Assembly (NCBI GenBank): GCA_963744995.1
Contig: CAVUWA010000005.1
Location: 288,001 to 352,000, forward strand
Source of the DNA: Candidatus Eiseniibacteriota bacterium
GTDB taxonomy: Bacteria; Eisenbacteria; RBG-16-71-46
Length of the DNA stretch: 64,000 nucleotides
Direction of reading: 5' to 3'
In this document: positions 37,666 to 47,536 of the stretch, piece after piece
Layout of the letters: each line of letters starts with the position of its first letter
Position numbering within the stretch: position 1 is the first letter of the stretch
Position numbers and translations under genes: made by a program
Notes under the pieces: model-generated
What the model saw: only the letters and a program-made list of their open reading frames with translations
Told to the model about the DNA's origin: nothing
Database searches by the model: none

Positions 37666-38360
37666 GTTCGGGCGGTACGTATGGAGCGAACACGAAACCC
37701 TACGCGGGCCGGCTGTTCATCGTCGAGGGCATCGACGGGTCCGGCAAGAGCACGCAGCTCACGCTGCTCGCGCAATGGCTGCGCAGCGAAGGGTACCCGG
37801 TCGTGTTCAGCGAGTGGAACTCGTCGCCGATCGTCAAGGCGACCACCTCGCGCGGCAAGAAGCGCAACCTGCTCACGCCGCTCACGTTCTCACTGATCCA
37901 CGCGACCGACTTCTCCGATCGCGTCGAGCGCGAGATCGTGCCCTCGCTCAAGGCAGGCGCCATCGTACTCGCCGATCGCTACGTCTACACCGCCTTCGCC
38001 CGCGACGTCGTCCGCGGCGTGGACCGTGGCTGGGTGCGCTCGCTGTACCGTTTCGCCCCGGTGCCGACGCGTGCGTTCTATTTCCGCGTTCCGCTCGAGA
38101 CGGCGCTCAAGCGGATCCTCGCGGGGCGCCCGAAGCTCAAATGGTACGAAGCGGGCATGGATCTCGGCCTCTCGGCGGACGTCCACGAATCCTATCGGCT
38201 GTTCCAGTCGCGGATCCTGGTCGAATACGAGACCCAGGTGCAGGAGTACGGGCTGCACGTCATGGACGCGACCCGGCCGGTCGAGGTGCAGCAGCGCGAG
38301 CTGCGCGCCGCGATCCGCCCCCACCTCCCCGAACTCGTGCCGGGGGCGCTCACCCGATGA
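37662..38360 (+). CDS. Thymidylate-kinase-fold protein, paralog A
   Basis: EGIDGSGKST P-loop and LADRY; ATGA overlap with the upstream gene. Confidence 0.85.
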   Translation: MSSGGTYGANTKPYAGRLFIVEGIDGSGKSTQLTLLAQWLRSEGYPVVFSEWNSSPIVKATTSRGKKRNLLTPLTFSLIHATDFSDRVEREIVPSLKAGAIVLADRYVYTAFARDVVRGVDRGWVRSLYRFAPVPTRAFYFRVPLETALKRILAGRPKLKWYEAGMDLGLSADVHESYRLFQSRILVEYETQVQEYGLHVMDATRPVEVQQRELRAAIRPHLPELVPGALTR

Positions 38361-39088
38361 ATGCATTCGAATCCCACGGCATCGGTATTCCCATGGTGGA
38401 TCCGGTCGAGCTCTCGGGCTGGCTGATCGTCATCGAAGGTCCCGACGGCGTCGGTCGCACCACGCACATCAACCTGTTGCGCGAGTACCTGGAGCGCAAG
38501 GGCTACGCGGTCGCCGAGACCGGCTTCACCCGCTCCGACCTCGCCAGCCGCGGCATCCGTCGCGCCAAGCAGGGCAACACGCTCGGCACCAACGCCTTCA
38601 ATCTGTTCTACGCGACCGATTTCGCCGACCGGCTCGAGCATCAGATCGTGCCCGCGCTGCGCTCGGGCTTCGTGATGCTCACCGACCGCTACATCTATTC
38701 GCTGATCGCGCGCGCGATCGCACGCGGCGCCGACCCCGACTGGATCAAGAAGGTGTACGGCTTTTCGCTCAAGCCCGACGCGGTGTTCTACCTGCGCGTC
38801 GGCGTCGAAGAGCTGGCGCGGCGCGTGATCTACTCGCGCGGCTTCGACTACTGGGAATCGGGCATGGACCTGCCCATGGGCGAGGATCTCTACGAATCGT
38901 TCATGAACTACCAGACCCGCGTGATCCACGAACTCGACGACCTGTCGCGTGAATTCGGGTTCCACGCCATCGACGCGATGCGCAGCGTGGAGGACATCTC
39001 GCGCGAGCTGTGCGCCGATGTCCTGCAGGTGCTGGAGACGCCGCGCCGTACCGGCGCGAGCGGAAACGGACAGGTGCAGCGAACGTGA
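38357..39088 (+). CDS. Thymidylate-kinase-fold protein, paralog B (Walker A Lys replaced by Arg)
   Basis: EGPDGVGRTT, LTDRY, KPDAVFYL; ATGA overlap. Confidence 0.85.
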   Translation: MNAFESHGIGIPMVDPVELSGWLIVIEGPDGVGRTTHINLLREYLERKGYAVAETGFTRSDLASRGIRRAKQGNTLGTNAFNLFYATDFADRLEHQIVPALRSGFVMLTDRYIYSLIARAIARGADPDWIKKVYGFSLKPDAVFYLRVGVEELARRVIYSRGFDYWESGMDLPMGEDLYESFMNYQTRVIHELDDLSREFGFHAIDAMRSVEDISRELCADVLQVLETPRRTGASGNGQVQRT

Positions 39089-40002
39089 ACGGACCGGTGC
39101 CGCCCGAGGCGGTGGCGCGGATCGGAACGGACGTCGACCGCCTGCTGAGAAAGCTCGAAGACGCCGCGCGTCGCGTGCGCGAAGCCGTGGACGCTGAGGC
39201 CACGCACGACGTGCGCGTCGCGACGCGCCAGCTCGACGCCCTGCTCGACGTGTGGCGCGATCATCTGCCGGACGGGCGCCGGCGCCGCGCCCGGCGTGCC
39301 CTGCGCGGGCTGCGGCGGGCGCTGGGGCCGGCGCGCGAGCGCCGCGTCGCGATCGAACTGCTGCGCAACCGGCTGCCGTCGCTCGCCCCCGGCCTCCAGG
39401 CCGGTGTGGGCCTGCTGATCGAACGCTGGGAGCGCACGCTCGAGGCCCTGGAGCGCGATGCGCGCTCCGCGTGCCGGCGCCGTCGGGTGCGGCGGATCCG
39501 GCGCCGGATCGAGCGCGCCACTACCGGCGTCGTCGGCTCACCGCGCGCGGCGGGCCCGCTCGTCCGTGACGGCCGCACCCGGGTGTCGACGCGCGAACGC
39601 CGCGCCATCGAGCGCGTGAAGCGCGCGCTCCACTCCCCCGCCGACCGCGTTCTGCACGCCGCGCGCGTGGCGGTCAAGCGCTGGCGCTATGCGATCGACC
39701 GGCTGCTCGCCGCCGACCCACAGGCCCCCGCCGGGCATCGCGACACCCTCGTGCTCCTGCAGCGCGCACTCGGCCGCGTCAACGATCTGGCGGTGCTGCG
39801 CGACGACGTGGATCCCGTGCGCAAGCGCCTCGAGATGCTCGGCATCCCGCATGGCGCGGAAGCGTTCGGCACGCTGCACGCCGGACTCGAGGCGGAGCGC
39901 CGCGCGGCGGTCGAGGATTTCGTCCGGATCGTCCGGGCGTCGGAGCTCGCCGATCCGCGGGTCCTGCCGCTCGACCCGCCGCGCCGCTCGGGCGGCGCCT
40001 GA
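39085..40002 (+). CDS. CHAD domain (polyphosphate-binding) protein
   Basis: HDVRVATRQL, LHAARVAVKRWRY, LQRALGRVNDL; GTGA overlap. Confidence 0.85.
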   Translation: MNGPVPPEAVARIGTDVDRLLRKLEDAARRVREAVDAEATHDVRVATRQLDALLDVWRDHLPDGRRRRARRALRGLRRALGPARERRVAIELLRNRLPSLAPGLQAGVGLLIERWERTLEALERDARSACRRRRVRRIRRRIERATTGVVGSPRAAGPLVRDGRTRVSTRERRAIERVKRALHSPADRVLHAARVAVKRWRYAIDRLLAADPQAPAGHRDTLVLLQRALGRVNDLAVLRDDVDPVRKRLEMLGIPHGAEAFGTLHAGLEAERRAAVEDFVRIVRASELADPRVLPLDPPRRSGGA

Positions 40003-40036
40003 CCGGCACGGACGGCCCGCAGCCGCGATTCGAACT

Positions 40037-41674
40037 CTAGGCGCTGTCGCGTGCGGTGCGGCGGCGCCCCGACGCCTGCGCGCCGCGGGCCGGTGTGACG
40101 CGCACCTGTTTGCCGCACAGCTTCTCCAGCGCGTCGACGCGCCGGCGCGCGGCCCAGATCTCGAGGCGCGCGCCGCGCCGGACCTCGAGCCGGATGGTGA
40201 TCCCGCCGCTGCGGCGGATCACGCGCAGGTTCTGCACCAGCTGATAGTGGCTGCGGTCGAGGCCCTCGGCGATCCTGAGCAGCGCCGACATCCAGCGCAG
40301 CGCGCGGCGCCGCGGCTTGTCGAGCGCGGCGTAGTGCGGGTCGCGCTTCCGCGGCCGCGCCTTGCCGTGGTAGCAGGCGATCAGCGCGATCATTTCGACC
40401 TCCGGCGCGGTGAGGCCGCGCAGATTGCCGTTGCGGATGATGTAGGCGGAGTGCTCCGCATGGCCGTCATGGCCGATCACTGCGCCGACGTCGTGCAGCA
40501 ACGCAGCGTAATGCAGCAGCTCGCGGTCGCCTTCGCCGAGCCCATGCAGGCGACGCATCCCGTCGAACAGGCCGAGCGTCATCCGGGCGACGTGTCGGGC
40601 GTGGGCGAGGTGGCGCGGTTCCGGCTGGAACTTCTGCAGGAGCTGCAGCACGCTGCGATGGCGCAGGTCCTCGACCTGGCCGACGGTGTCGATCTCGCGG
40701 ACGTTGGCCGACAGATAGTCGGTGACCAGCCCCTCGCGCACGCCGAAGTCCGACAGGACGATGCCCTCCGCCTCCACCGCACGCAGCACGTGCTGCAGCA
40801 CCATCCCGCCCGCAACGATGATCTCCGCGCGCCGTGCGTCGAGCCCCTGCAGGTGTTCGAGTTCCGCATGGCTCATGCGCCGCAGGCGCCGCATGAGCTG
40901 CTCGAGCGCATCGAGCGCGAGAACATGGCCGTTGAGGTGCGCGATCGGCCCACCGTGTTCGGCGTGGTGCGCGAGCATGGCGAGCGCGTGAATCGATCCG
41001 GACGAACCATAGACGCGCGCGGGTTCGTGGGCGATCACCTGTTCGAGGATCCCGTCTGCGCGCTTGCGGATGTGATTCGACAATCGCGTGAGTTCGCGGC
41101 GTGTGGGCGGATCGGAGCCGAGCCGCGTCTCGGACAGCCTGAGCGCCCCGAGCGGCGCGCTCAGGGTCTCGATCAGCCGGTCGCGGTTGGCGACCACGAG
41201 CTGCATGCTGCCGCCGCCGATGTCGACGATCAGGCTCGGCTGCTCGTCGAGCTGCAGCGCGCTCTTCACCGCGAGCCAGATGAGCCGGCACTCCTCCTCG
41301 GGAGGAATCACCCGTGGCGCGATGCCGGCGGTCTCGCGGGCCGCCTGAATGAACGCTCCGCCGTTCGCCGCCTCGCGAACCGCGGCCGTCGCGGTGCAGA
41401 GAATGCGGTCGACCTGGCGCCGGCGGGCGAGATCCACGAAGCGCGCCAGTGCCTCGACGGTGCGGCGGATCGCGGCCGTCCGCAGCCGCCCCGCCTCGAA
41501 CGAGCCGCGTCCGATCTGTACGACCTCGCGCTCGCGATCGACGAGTTCGAATCCGGACGCGCCGGTGGCGCGCGCGATCACCATGTGGATCGAGTTGGTG
41601 CCGATGTCGATGGCGGCGAGACGCAGCCCGCCCGTGCCGGAGGCGTTGGTCCGCAGTCGAAGGGTCTCGCTCAT
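40037..41674 (-). CDS. ppx: Exopolyphosphatase Ppx/GppA with HD domain
   Basis: AIDIGTNSIH, ATAAVREAAN, DIGGGS, GVREG, AALLHDVG motifs. Confidence 0.92.
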   Translation of the reverse strand: MSETLRLRTNASGTGGLRLAAIDIGTNSIHMVIARATGASGFELVDREREVVQIGRGSFEAGRLRTAAIRRTVEALARFVDLARRRQVDRILCTATAAVREAANGGAFIQAARETAGIAPRVIPPEEECRLIWLAVKSALQLDEQPSLIVDIGGGSMQLVVANRDRLIETLSAPLGALRLSETRLGSDPPTRRELTRLSNHIRKRADGILEQVIAHEPARVYGSSGSIHALAMLAHHAEHGGPIAHLNGHVLALDALEQLMRRLRRMSHAELEHLQGLDARRAEIIVAGGMVLQHVLRAVEAEGIVLSDFGVREGLVTDYLSANVREIDTVGQVEDLRHRSVLQLLQKFQPEPRHLAHARHVARMTLGLFDGMRRLHGLGEGDRELLHYAALLHDVGAVIGHDGHAEHSAYIIRNGNLRGLTAPEVEMIALIACYHGKARPRKRDPHYAALDKPRRRALRWMSALLRIAEGLDRSHYQLVQNLRVIRRSGGITIRLEVRRGARLEIWAARRRVDALEKLCGKQVRVTPARGAQASGRRRTARDSA

Positions 41675-41680
41675 GTCGGG

Positions 41681-41709
41681 ATTATCGGCCCCGGCCGCCG
41701 TGCAGCCAA
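41681..41709 (-). promoter_or_regulatory. Putative promoter giving a leaderless ppx transcript
   Basis: TTGGCT-17nt-GATAAT-6nt-ATG; no SD visible. Confidence 0.45.
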
Positions 41710-41738
41710 CCCCGACGTGCCCGCCGTGGCCGCGGCGA

Positions 41739-42563
41739 TCACCGGCCCTTTTCGAGGCGCGCTTTCAGGCGTTCGACGTCCAGTTCGACGCGCTCGGGCT
41801 TCGGGTCCATCGCCTCGAGGCGGTCGGCCACGATCTGCGAGACGGCGAAGTTGCGGTACCACTTCGCATCGGCCGGGATCACGTACCAGGGCGCGTGCTT
41901 CGTGCTGCAGCGAGCGAGCGCGTCCTCATAGGCGCGATGGTAGCGCTTCCAGTAGCGGCGCTCCTCGATGTCGCCGGCGCTGAACTTCCAGTGCTTCGCC
42001 GACTCGTCGAGGCGTGCCAGCAGACGCTGCTTCTGTTCCTTGCGGCTGATGTGGAGGAAGAACTTGAGCACCGTGGTGCCGTGCTCGTGCAGGTGTTCTT
42101 CGAAGCGGTTGATGCTGCGGTAGCGCCTGGACCACACCGCGCGCGGTACGAGGTCGTGGACGCGGACCACCAGCACGTCCTCGTAGTGCGAGCGGTTGAA
42201 GATCGCCACTTCGCCGCGCGCCGGGACGGCCTGATGGATGCGCCAGAGGAAGTCGTGCGCGGCCTCGAGGGGTGTCGGCACCTTGAACGGCGTCACCCGG
42301 CAGCCCTGGGGATTGAAGGCGGTCATCACCTTGCGGATCAGCCCGTCCTTGCCGGCGGTGTCCATCCCCTGCAGCACGATCAGCATCGAGCGGCGTCCCT
42401 CCGCATGAAGCAGGTACTGGAGCCGGTCGATGCGCGCGAGGTTCGCTTCCGTGCGCGCCTCCGCATCCGCGCGCCCCTTGCAGCCGGGCGTCGAATCCGG
42501 ATCCCAGTGAGCGAGGCGCACCTTGCGTCCACCGGCTCTGAGCTTGCGGGCGATGTCGGTCAA
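41739..42563 (-). CDS. ppk2: Polyphosphate kinase 2 family (single domain, class III-like)
   Basis: LQGMDTAGKDG, HDFLWR, FNRSHYEDVL, KFFLHIS, APWYVIPAD; TTG start with AAGGAGG RBS. Confidence 0.93.
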   Translation of the reverse strand: MTDIARKLRAGGRKVRLAHWDPDSTPGCKGRADAEARTEANLARIDRLQYLLHAEGRRSMLIVLQGMDTAGKDGLIRKVMTAFNPQGCRVTPFKVPTPLEAAHDFLWRIHQAVPARGEVAIFNRSHYEDVLVVRVHDLVPRAVWSRRYRSINRFEEHLHEHGTTVLKFFLHISRKEQKQRLLARLDESAKHWKFSAGDIEERRYWKRYHRAYEDALARCSTKHAPWYVIPADAKWYRNFAVSQIVADRLEAMDPKPERVELDVERLKARLEKGR

Positions 42564-42650
42564 GAACGCCTCCTTCGCACGGCGGCCGGAAAACGAAAGG
42601 GACGCCGTTCCGCGTGGGCGGAGGGCGTCCCGTGAATCAGGGGCTCGCGG

Positions 42651-44033
42651 CTACATGCGCCGTCGATTCCGCCGATCGGACACGTTACGACGTCTCGGCC
42701 GCCCGTGCACGGACTCGGCCGCGCTGTCGGTGCCCGCACCCCCGCCCCCGCCATCGCCGTGAGCGGCAGCGCCGACCGATGCCGTGGCGGCGCCGTTCCG
42801 GGCGTTCGAGTGCGAGTCGTAGGCCCGCACGACGCGGTAGGCCGTGCGGCCGGAACCGCCGCGCTCGCGCCCGCGTGATTCTCTTTCACGCGGCGCCTTC
42901 TCGGCACGCTTCGAGTAGTCGAAGTCCTTCACCTTGAGTCGCTCGACGCGCCGTCCGATGGAGCGCTCGATGGCCTGAGCGTCCTTCTCTTCGGCCGGCG
43001 AGACGAACGTGATGGCGTCGCCGGTCGCGTCCATCCGTCCGGTGCGGCCGATACGATGCACGTAGTCCTCGCTGCTGCGGGGCACGTCGAAGTTGACGAC
43101 ATGGGTGATGCCCGTGACGTCGATGCCGCGCGAGGCGATGTCGGTCGCTACCAGCACCGAGATCCGGCCGCGCTTGAAGTCGCGCAGTGCCCGTTCGCGC
43201 TGGCTCTGGCTGCGGTCGCCGTGCAGGGGCGCCACCGAGTGGCCCATGCTCTTCAGCCGCCGCGCGAGCCGCTCCGCGCCGCGCTTGGTGCGGGCGAACA
43301 CGATCGAACAGGGGTCTTCTTCGTCGGTGAGGAGCCGGTCGAGCAGCTCGATCTTGAGGTGGCTCGGCACGGGGTAGAATGCCTGCGAGATCGCCGAAGC
43401 CGGCTTGGTCGGCGACGACAGCTCCATGTGCACCGCACGGTGCAGCGCGGCCTTGGCCACGCGATTGACCTCGGGCGGCATCGTCGCCGAGAACATCAGC
43501 GTCTGCCGCTTCACCGGCAGCAGCTTGAGGATGCGCTGCAGATCGGGCGCGAAGCCCATGTCCACCATGCGGTCGGCTTCGTCGAGCACCAGCACTTCGA
43601 CTTCGTCGAGGCTCACCGACTGGCGCTCGTGCAGATCCAGCAGCCGGCCCGGGGTCGCGACGAGGATCTCGACGCCTTCGTGGCGCAGGATGCGTTCCTG
43701 CGGCGCGATCGGGACACCGCCATAGACGGCGCAGACCCGCAGCCCGGTGTAGCGGGCGTAGCGGCGGCCGTTCTCCTCGACCTGGGCGGCCAGCTCGCGG
43801 GTCGGCACCAGCACGAGGCCGCGCACGGCGCGATGGCCTTCGAGCAGCCGCGCGAGCATCGGCAGCAGAAACGCGGCGGTCTTGCCGCTGCCGGTCTGGG
43901 CCGCGGCGACGACGTCGCGGCCGGTGAGAATTTCGGGGATCGCCTTTTCCTGAACGGGCGTGGGAACGGTGTAGCCGGCTGCACGGACGCCACGGACGAC
44001 GGACTCGGGCAGGCCGAGAGACTGGAACGGCAT
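42651..44033 (-). CDS. rhlE: DEAD-box RNA helicase (RhlE-like)
   Basis: AQTGSGKT, PTRELA, TPGRL, DEAD, FSAT, RGID, HRIGRTGR; ATG 44033 with AGGAG RBS. Confidence 0.9.
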   Translation of the reverse strand: MPFQSLGLPESVVRGVRAAGYTVPTPVQEKAIPEILTGRDVVAAAQTGSGKTAAFLLPMLARLLEGHRAVRGLVLVPTRELAAQVEENGRRYARYTGLRVCAVYGGVPIAPQERILRHEGVEILVATPGRLLDLHERQSVSLDEVEVLVLDEADRMVDMGFAPDLQRILKLLPVKRQTLMFSATMPPEVNRVAKAALHRAVHMELSSPTKPASAISQAFYPVPSHLKIELLDRLLTDEEDPCSIVFARTKRGAERLARRLKSMGHSVAPLHGDRSQSQRERALRDFKRGRISVLVATDIASRGIDVTGITHVVNFDVPRSSEDYVHRIGRTGRMDATGDAITFVSPAEEKDAQAIERSIGRRVERLKVKDFDYSKRAEKAPRERESRGRERGGSGRTAYRVVRAYDSHSNARNGAATASVGAAAHGDGGGGGAGTDSAAESVHGRPRRRNVSDRRNRRRM

Positions 44034-44303
44034 GAATACTCCTGAATGCGAGAATCGCGGTAAGCGGCCTGGAAGGCGAGCTGCGCGGCCGCCCGACGGC
44101 GCGGGGTGCGCCTCGTGCGGTGGCCGCTGATCAAACGCGCGCCGCCTTGCATGCGCTGCCGAACCGGCTGGGGCGCCACATCCCCGCTGCTGCGGGGGGC
44201 GATTGCCGGCTTCTCTAAAAGAGGGTCCCGGTCCTTGCGTTGACCGGTCGTCGGAAGCCATCCGGCCTGCATGGCCGGGTGTTCTCGAGTCGATGGGGGG
44301 TCT

Positions 44304-44337
44304 ACACGAAAGCCCGCAGGGCGTTCCCTGGCGGGCT
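44304..44337 (-). terminator. Terminator-like hairpin inside the long upstream region of the DEAD-box gene
   Basis: Minus strand AGCCCGC-C-AGGG-AACG-CCCT-GCGGGCT followed by TTCGTGT. Confidence 0.45.
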
Positions 44338-44552
44338 CGACACCTCACATGTGGACTCGACCGAACACATGGGCACTATCGGCATTCGGCCGCGGAAAGA
44401 CAAGTGAATTCCGTGTGAACGATCGCCGCCACGGCCGCAACGTGCGTCGCACCTTGAGGGTAGCCGCCGGAGCCGAGTGCGGCCCGAGCGCGCCGCACTC
44501 GGGCGCCGGCGGAATGGAGCGGGCAGCCGGGCGCCGTTCCGGCCCGCAGCGC

Positions 44553-45302
44553 CTACCAGTAGTGCGGGCGCCCGTAGTAGTCGAACAGCCGGACCTCGTA
44601 GTCGCGGTTGACCGGCGCGTCGGGGTCGAACTCGGGGCTCTTCCTGACCTCCTCGCGCGTCAGGTCCACCTGAACGTCGCGTCCACCCCAGTCCACCGAT
44701 TTCACCCACAGCGGCGAGATCAGCACCCGCTTCCCCGGCAGCCACTTGTGCGTGTCCACCACGAGGTAGCGGATCGTCCAGGTCTGATCGTCCATGATGA
44801 AGTCCGAGACCTTCCCGATCGTGCCGTCGCGCGCGGCGATCTCGTAGTGTTTCACCTCGTCGACCGAGCGCAGGTGCGGATCCGGATCGCTCTCGTCTTC
44901 CGCGTCCTCCAGCGCGACCTGTGCGCCCGTGTCGAACAGCGGCGCCGGATAGGCGTCGGCCGCCCAGACCCCGGCCCCGCTCCAGTAGACCGGCCAGCCA
45001 TAGTGGGCGTGGTACTGGCGCTCGTACTGGCGTGATACCGGCGCATCCTCGTCGAGGTCCGGCGCCGCCTCGATCCGCTGGCGGTTCACGCGCGTGATGA
45101 GCCGACGCGAGCTCCAGTCGGGCCGGTCGAGCGAGATCGGCGACACCAGAACCTTGTGGCCGGAGAGCCAGCCTCCGGTGTCGGCGACCACGTAGCGGAT
45201 CGTCCAGTGACGGTCGTCGAACAGAAGGTCCTTGCAGCGGCCGATGTCGCCGTCGGTTGCCTGCAGTCTGTATCCCAGAATCTCGGAAACGCTTCTCAGC
45301 AT
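44553..45302 (-). CDS. Tandem PRC-barrel domain protein
   Basis: Two repeats ATDGDIG...DDRHWTIRYVVADT and ARDGTIG...DDQTWTIRYLVVDT; AAGGAGG RBS. Confidence 0.9.
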   Translation of the reverse strand: MLRSVSEILGYRLQATDGDIGRCKDLLFDDRHWTIRYVVADTGGWLSGHKVLVSPISLDRPDWSSRRLITRVNRQRIEAAPDLDEDAPVSRQYERQYHAHYGWPVYWSGAGVWAADAYPAPLFDTGAQVALEDAEDESDPDPHLRSVDEVKHYEIAARDGTIGKVSDFIMDDQTWTIRYLVVDTHKWLPGKRVLISPLWVKSVDWGGRDVQVDLTREEVRKSPEFDPDAPVNRDYEVRLFDYYGRPHYW

Positions 45303-45342
45303 CGGAAACCTCCTTGCGGCCATCGAGACCGGTGCGGCCCGT

Positions 45343-45675
45343 TCACACGCCCGCTTCCACCGGGCGGCCGGCCTGCTTCCACTCTTCCATCCCGCCCTCG
45401 AAGTCGTAGACCTGCTCGAAGCCCGCTTCGTCGAGCCGGCGCGCGGCCTGCGGCGACGCCTGGCAACTGATGCTCGCGCAGTACACGACCACCGGCTGGT
45501 CCTTGCCCCCGAGCCGGCGTTGCACCTCTTCGGTGAAGTCCTTGCGGCCGCCCGGGATGTTGATCGAGGCAGGTATGTGCTCGCGCACGAACTTCGCCTC
45601 GTCGAGCACGTTCACGAGGAGCGGCCGCCGGTTCGCACGCATTTCCTTCAGCTGTGCGGCATCGATCTTCTTCAT
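45343..45675 (-). CDS. Rhodanese-like domain protein
   Basis: HIPASINIP, VVYCASISC, FEGGMEEW motifs. Confidence 0.88.
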   Translation of the reverse strand: MKKIDAAQLKEMRANRRPLLVNVLDEAKFVREHIPASINIPGGRKDFTEEVQRRLGGKDQPVVVYCASISCQASPQAARRLDEAGFEQVYDFEGGMEEWKQAGRPVEAGV

Positions 45676-45704
45676 GAGGAACTCCTTTCCATTCCGGCCC
45701 GCGC

Positions 45705-46832
45705 TCACGCCGCATGCGACGCGTGGGCCTTCGAGTCGAGGGTGTGGAGCAACTGATCGAACGGCTCCACGAACTTGCGGATGCCCTCCTCGACCAGGAC
45801 GGCGGCCACCTCGTCGAGGTCGATCCCGATCCGGCCGAGCGCAGCGATGTCCCGCTTCGCCTGGTCGACGTCCCGGGTCAGCGTCGCCTCGACCTGGCCG
45901 TGGTCGCGGAACGCTTCGAGCGTCGCGTCGGGCATCGTGTTGATCGTGCGGGGCCCGATGAGCGCCTCCACGTAGCGCACGTCCGAGTAGCGGTCGTCCT
46001 TGGTGGAGGTGCTGGCCCAGAGCGTCTTCTGTACATGCGCGCCCGCGGCCTGCAGCGCCTGCCAGCGCTCGCTCTCATGCAGTGCCGTCCACAACCGGTA
46101 GGCAAGCCGCGCGCTGGCGATGGCCGCTCGCCCGCGCAGGACACGGGCCTGCTCCGCTTCGTCGCCGCCGTCGCTCATCGCATCCAGGCGCCGGTCCACC
46201 AGCACGTCGATGCGGCTGAGGAAGTAGCTCGCGACCGAATGAACGTTATTGAGCGGCTCGCCCCGCGTGCGACGCCGTTCCAGCGCACGCCACCAGGCTT
46301 CGATCACCTTGCGGTGGGCTGCCGTCGAGAACAGCAGCGTGACGTTGATCGAGATGCCGCGCGTGAGGCATTCCTCGATGGCCGGAACGCCCTCGTCGGT
46401 GCCCGGAATCTTGATCAGCGCGTTCGGCCGCGACACCGCCTCCCAGAGGCGCGCCGCTTCGGCGATCGTCGCGCGCGTGTCGCGTGCCAGATGCGGCGAC
46501 ACCTCGAGGCTCACGAAGCCGTCGTCGCCGCCGCTGCGGTCGAACGTGGGCCGCAGCAGATCGGCCGCGCCCTGAATGTCCTCGATCGCCAGGGTCTCGT
46601 AGATCGCCTTCGCCGGCGCGCCGCGGCGCGCCAGATCGGCGATCTCGGTTCGATAGGCCTCGCCCGAGGCGATGGCCTCGTGGAAGATCGCCGGGTTCGA
46701 GGTCACCCCCGAGAGACCGTCTTCCTCGATCAGCCGCCCAAGCCGCCCGTCCCGCACCGATGTGCGGGTGAGGTTGTCGAGCCAGACACTCTGTCCCATC
46801 TCGTGGAGCTGCTTCAGCGGATGGCCGGTCAT
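45705..46832 (-). CDS. tal: Transaldolase
   Basis: GQSVWLD, GVTSNPAIF, VSLEVSP, IKIP, NVTLLFS, LWASTSTK motifs. Confidence 0.93.
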   Translation of the reverse strand: MTGHPLKQLHEMGQSVWLDNLTRTSVRDGRLGRLIEEDGLSGVTSNPAIFHEAIASGEAYRTEIADLARRGAPAKAIYETLAIEDIQGAADLLRPTFDRSGGDDGFVSLEVSPHLARDTRATIAEAARLWEAVSRPNALIKIPGTDEGVPAIEECLTRGISINVTLLFSTAAHRKVIEAWWRALERRRTRGEPLNNVHSVASYFLSRIDVLVDRRLDAMSDGGDEAEQARVLRGRAAIASARLAYRLWTALHESERWQALQAAGAHVQKTLWASTSTKDDRYSDVRYVEALIGPRTINTMPDATLEAFRDHGQVEATLTRDVDQAKRDIAALGRIGIDLDEVAAVLVEEGIRKFVEPFDQLLHTLDSKAHASHAA

Positions 46833-47536
46833 GAGATCGCGCTCCTTTCGTGTCGTGTCCGTCGCCTGCGACGGCCCCCCGCGGGGTCGCATCGGCGTCG
46901 CGGTGCGGACGATTCGTGCGCTCGAGGCGGTTCGGCATTCGTCGCGCGGAGCGATGGGGCGCGGAGGACCGGGCACAGGCCCGGGGCGACGCGCCGCGGA
47001 AGGCGCACGACGCTGGCGGGAGCATCCGTCCGGGGACGAACGGGAGAGCCGCGGTTTCCGGCCCGGGCGCGACGTGTGAGTCGTCGCGGCGAGAGTCGAC
47101 CGCCGTTTGCGTCTATTTCGGGAGTAACACACGCGCCGCGCGGCCGTCAAAAGCAGGCGCCGCACGTGCCTGTAATCGGTTCTTGCGGAACGAATTGCGG
47201 CCGTGAACCCGGGGTTGACGGGGGTTTTGCATCCGGCCCGGCGGCACGACCTTCCGCGCCGGAAACCGACCGGGAGCCCGCTTCAACCGAAACGCACGAG
47301 CCGGATTCCGGCGCCGCTGTGCCGCGGCCCGGGCCGCCGCGGACGGGGCGGCACGCACCGCACCGTGCCGCGCGCCACGCACCAAGCGTGATATGCAGAG
47401 GAGAGGGCGTGCTCCGCATGGCGTGACGCCGCCCCGCGCTGCGTCGCGCCCCGCGCGATCCGGATGGCCGGATCGTCGGCGTCCGCGTGACGTCCCGAAT
47501 TTCCGGGTCCCGTGCCTCGAACGGAAGGAGGCCACC

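Noticed and set aside
44464..44512. Strong GC hairpin downstream of the PRC-barrel gene as a REP/MITE
   Set aside because: Single copy in the window, with no target duplication or U-tract; at most a transcript-end structure.
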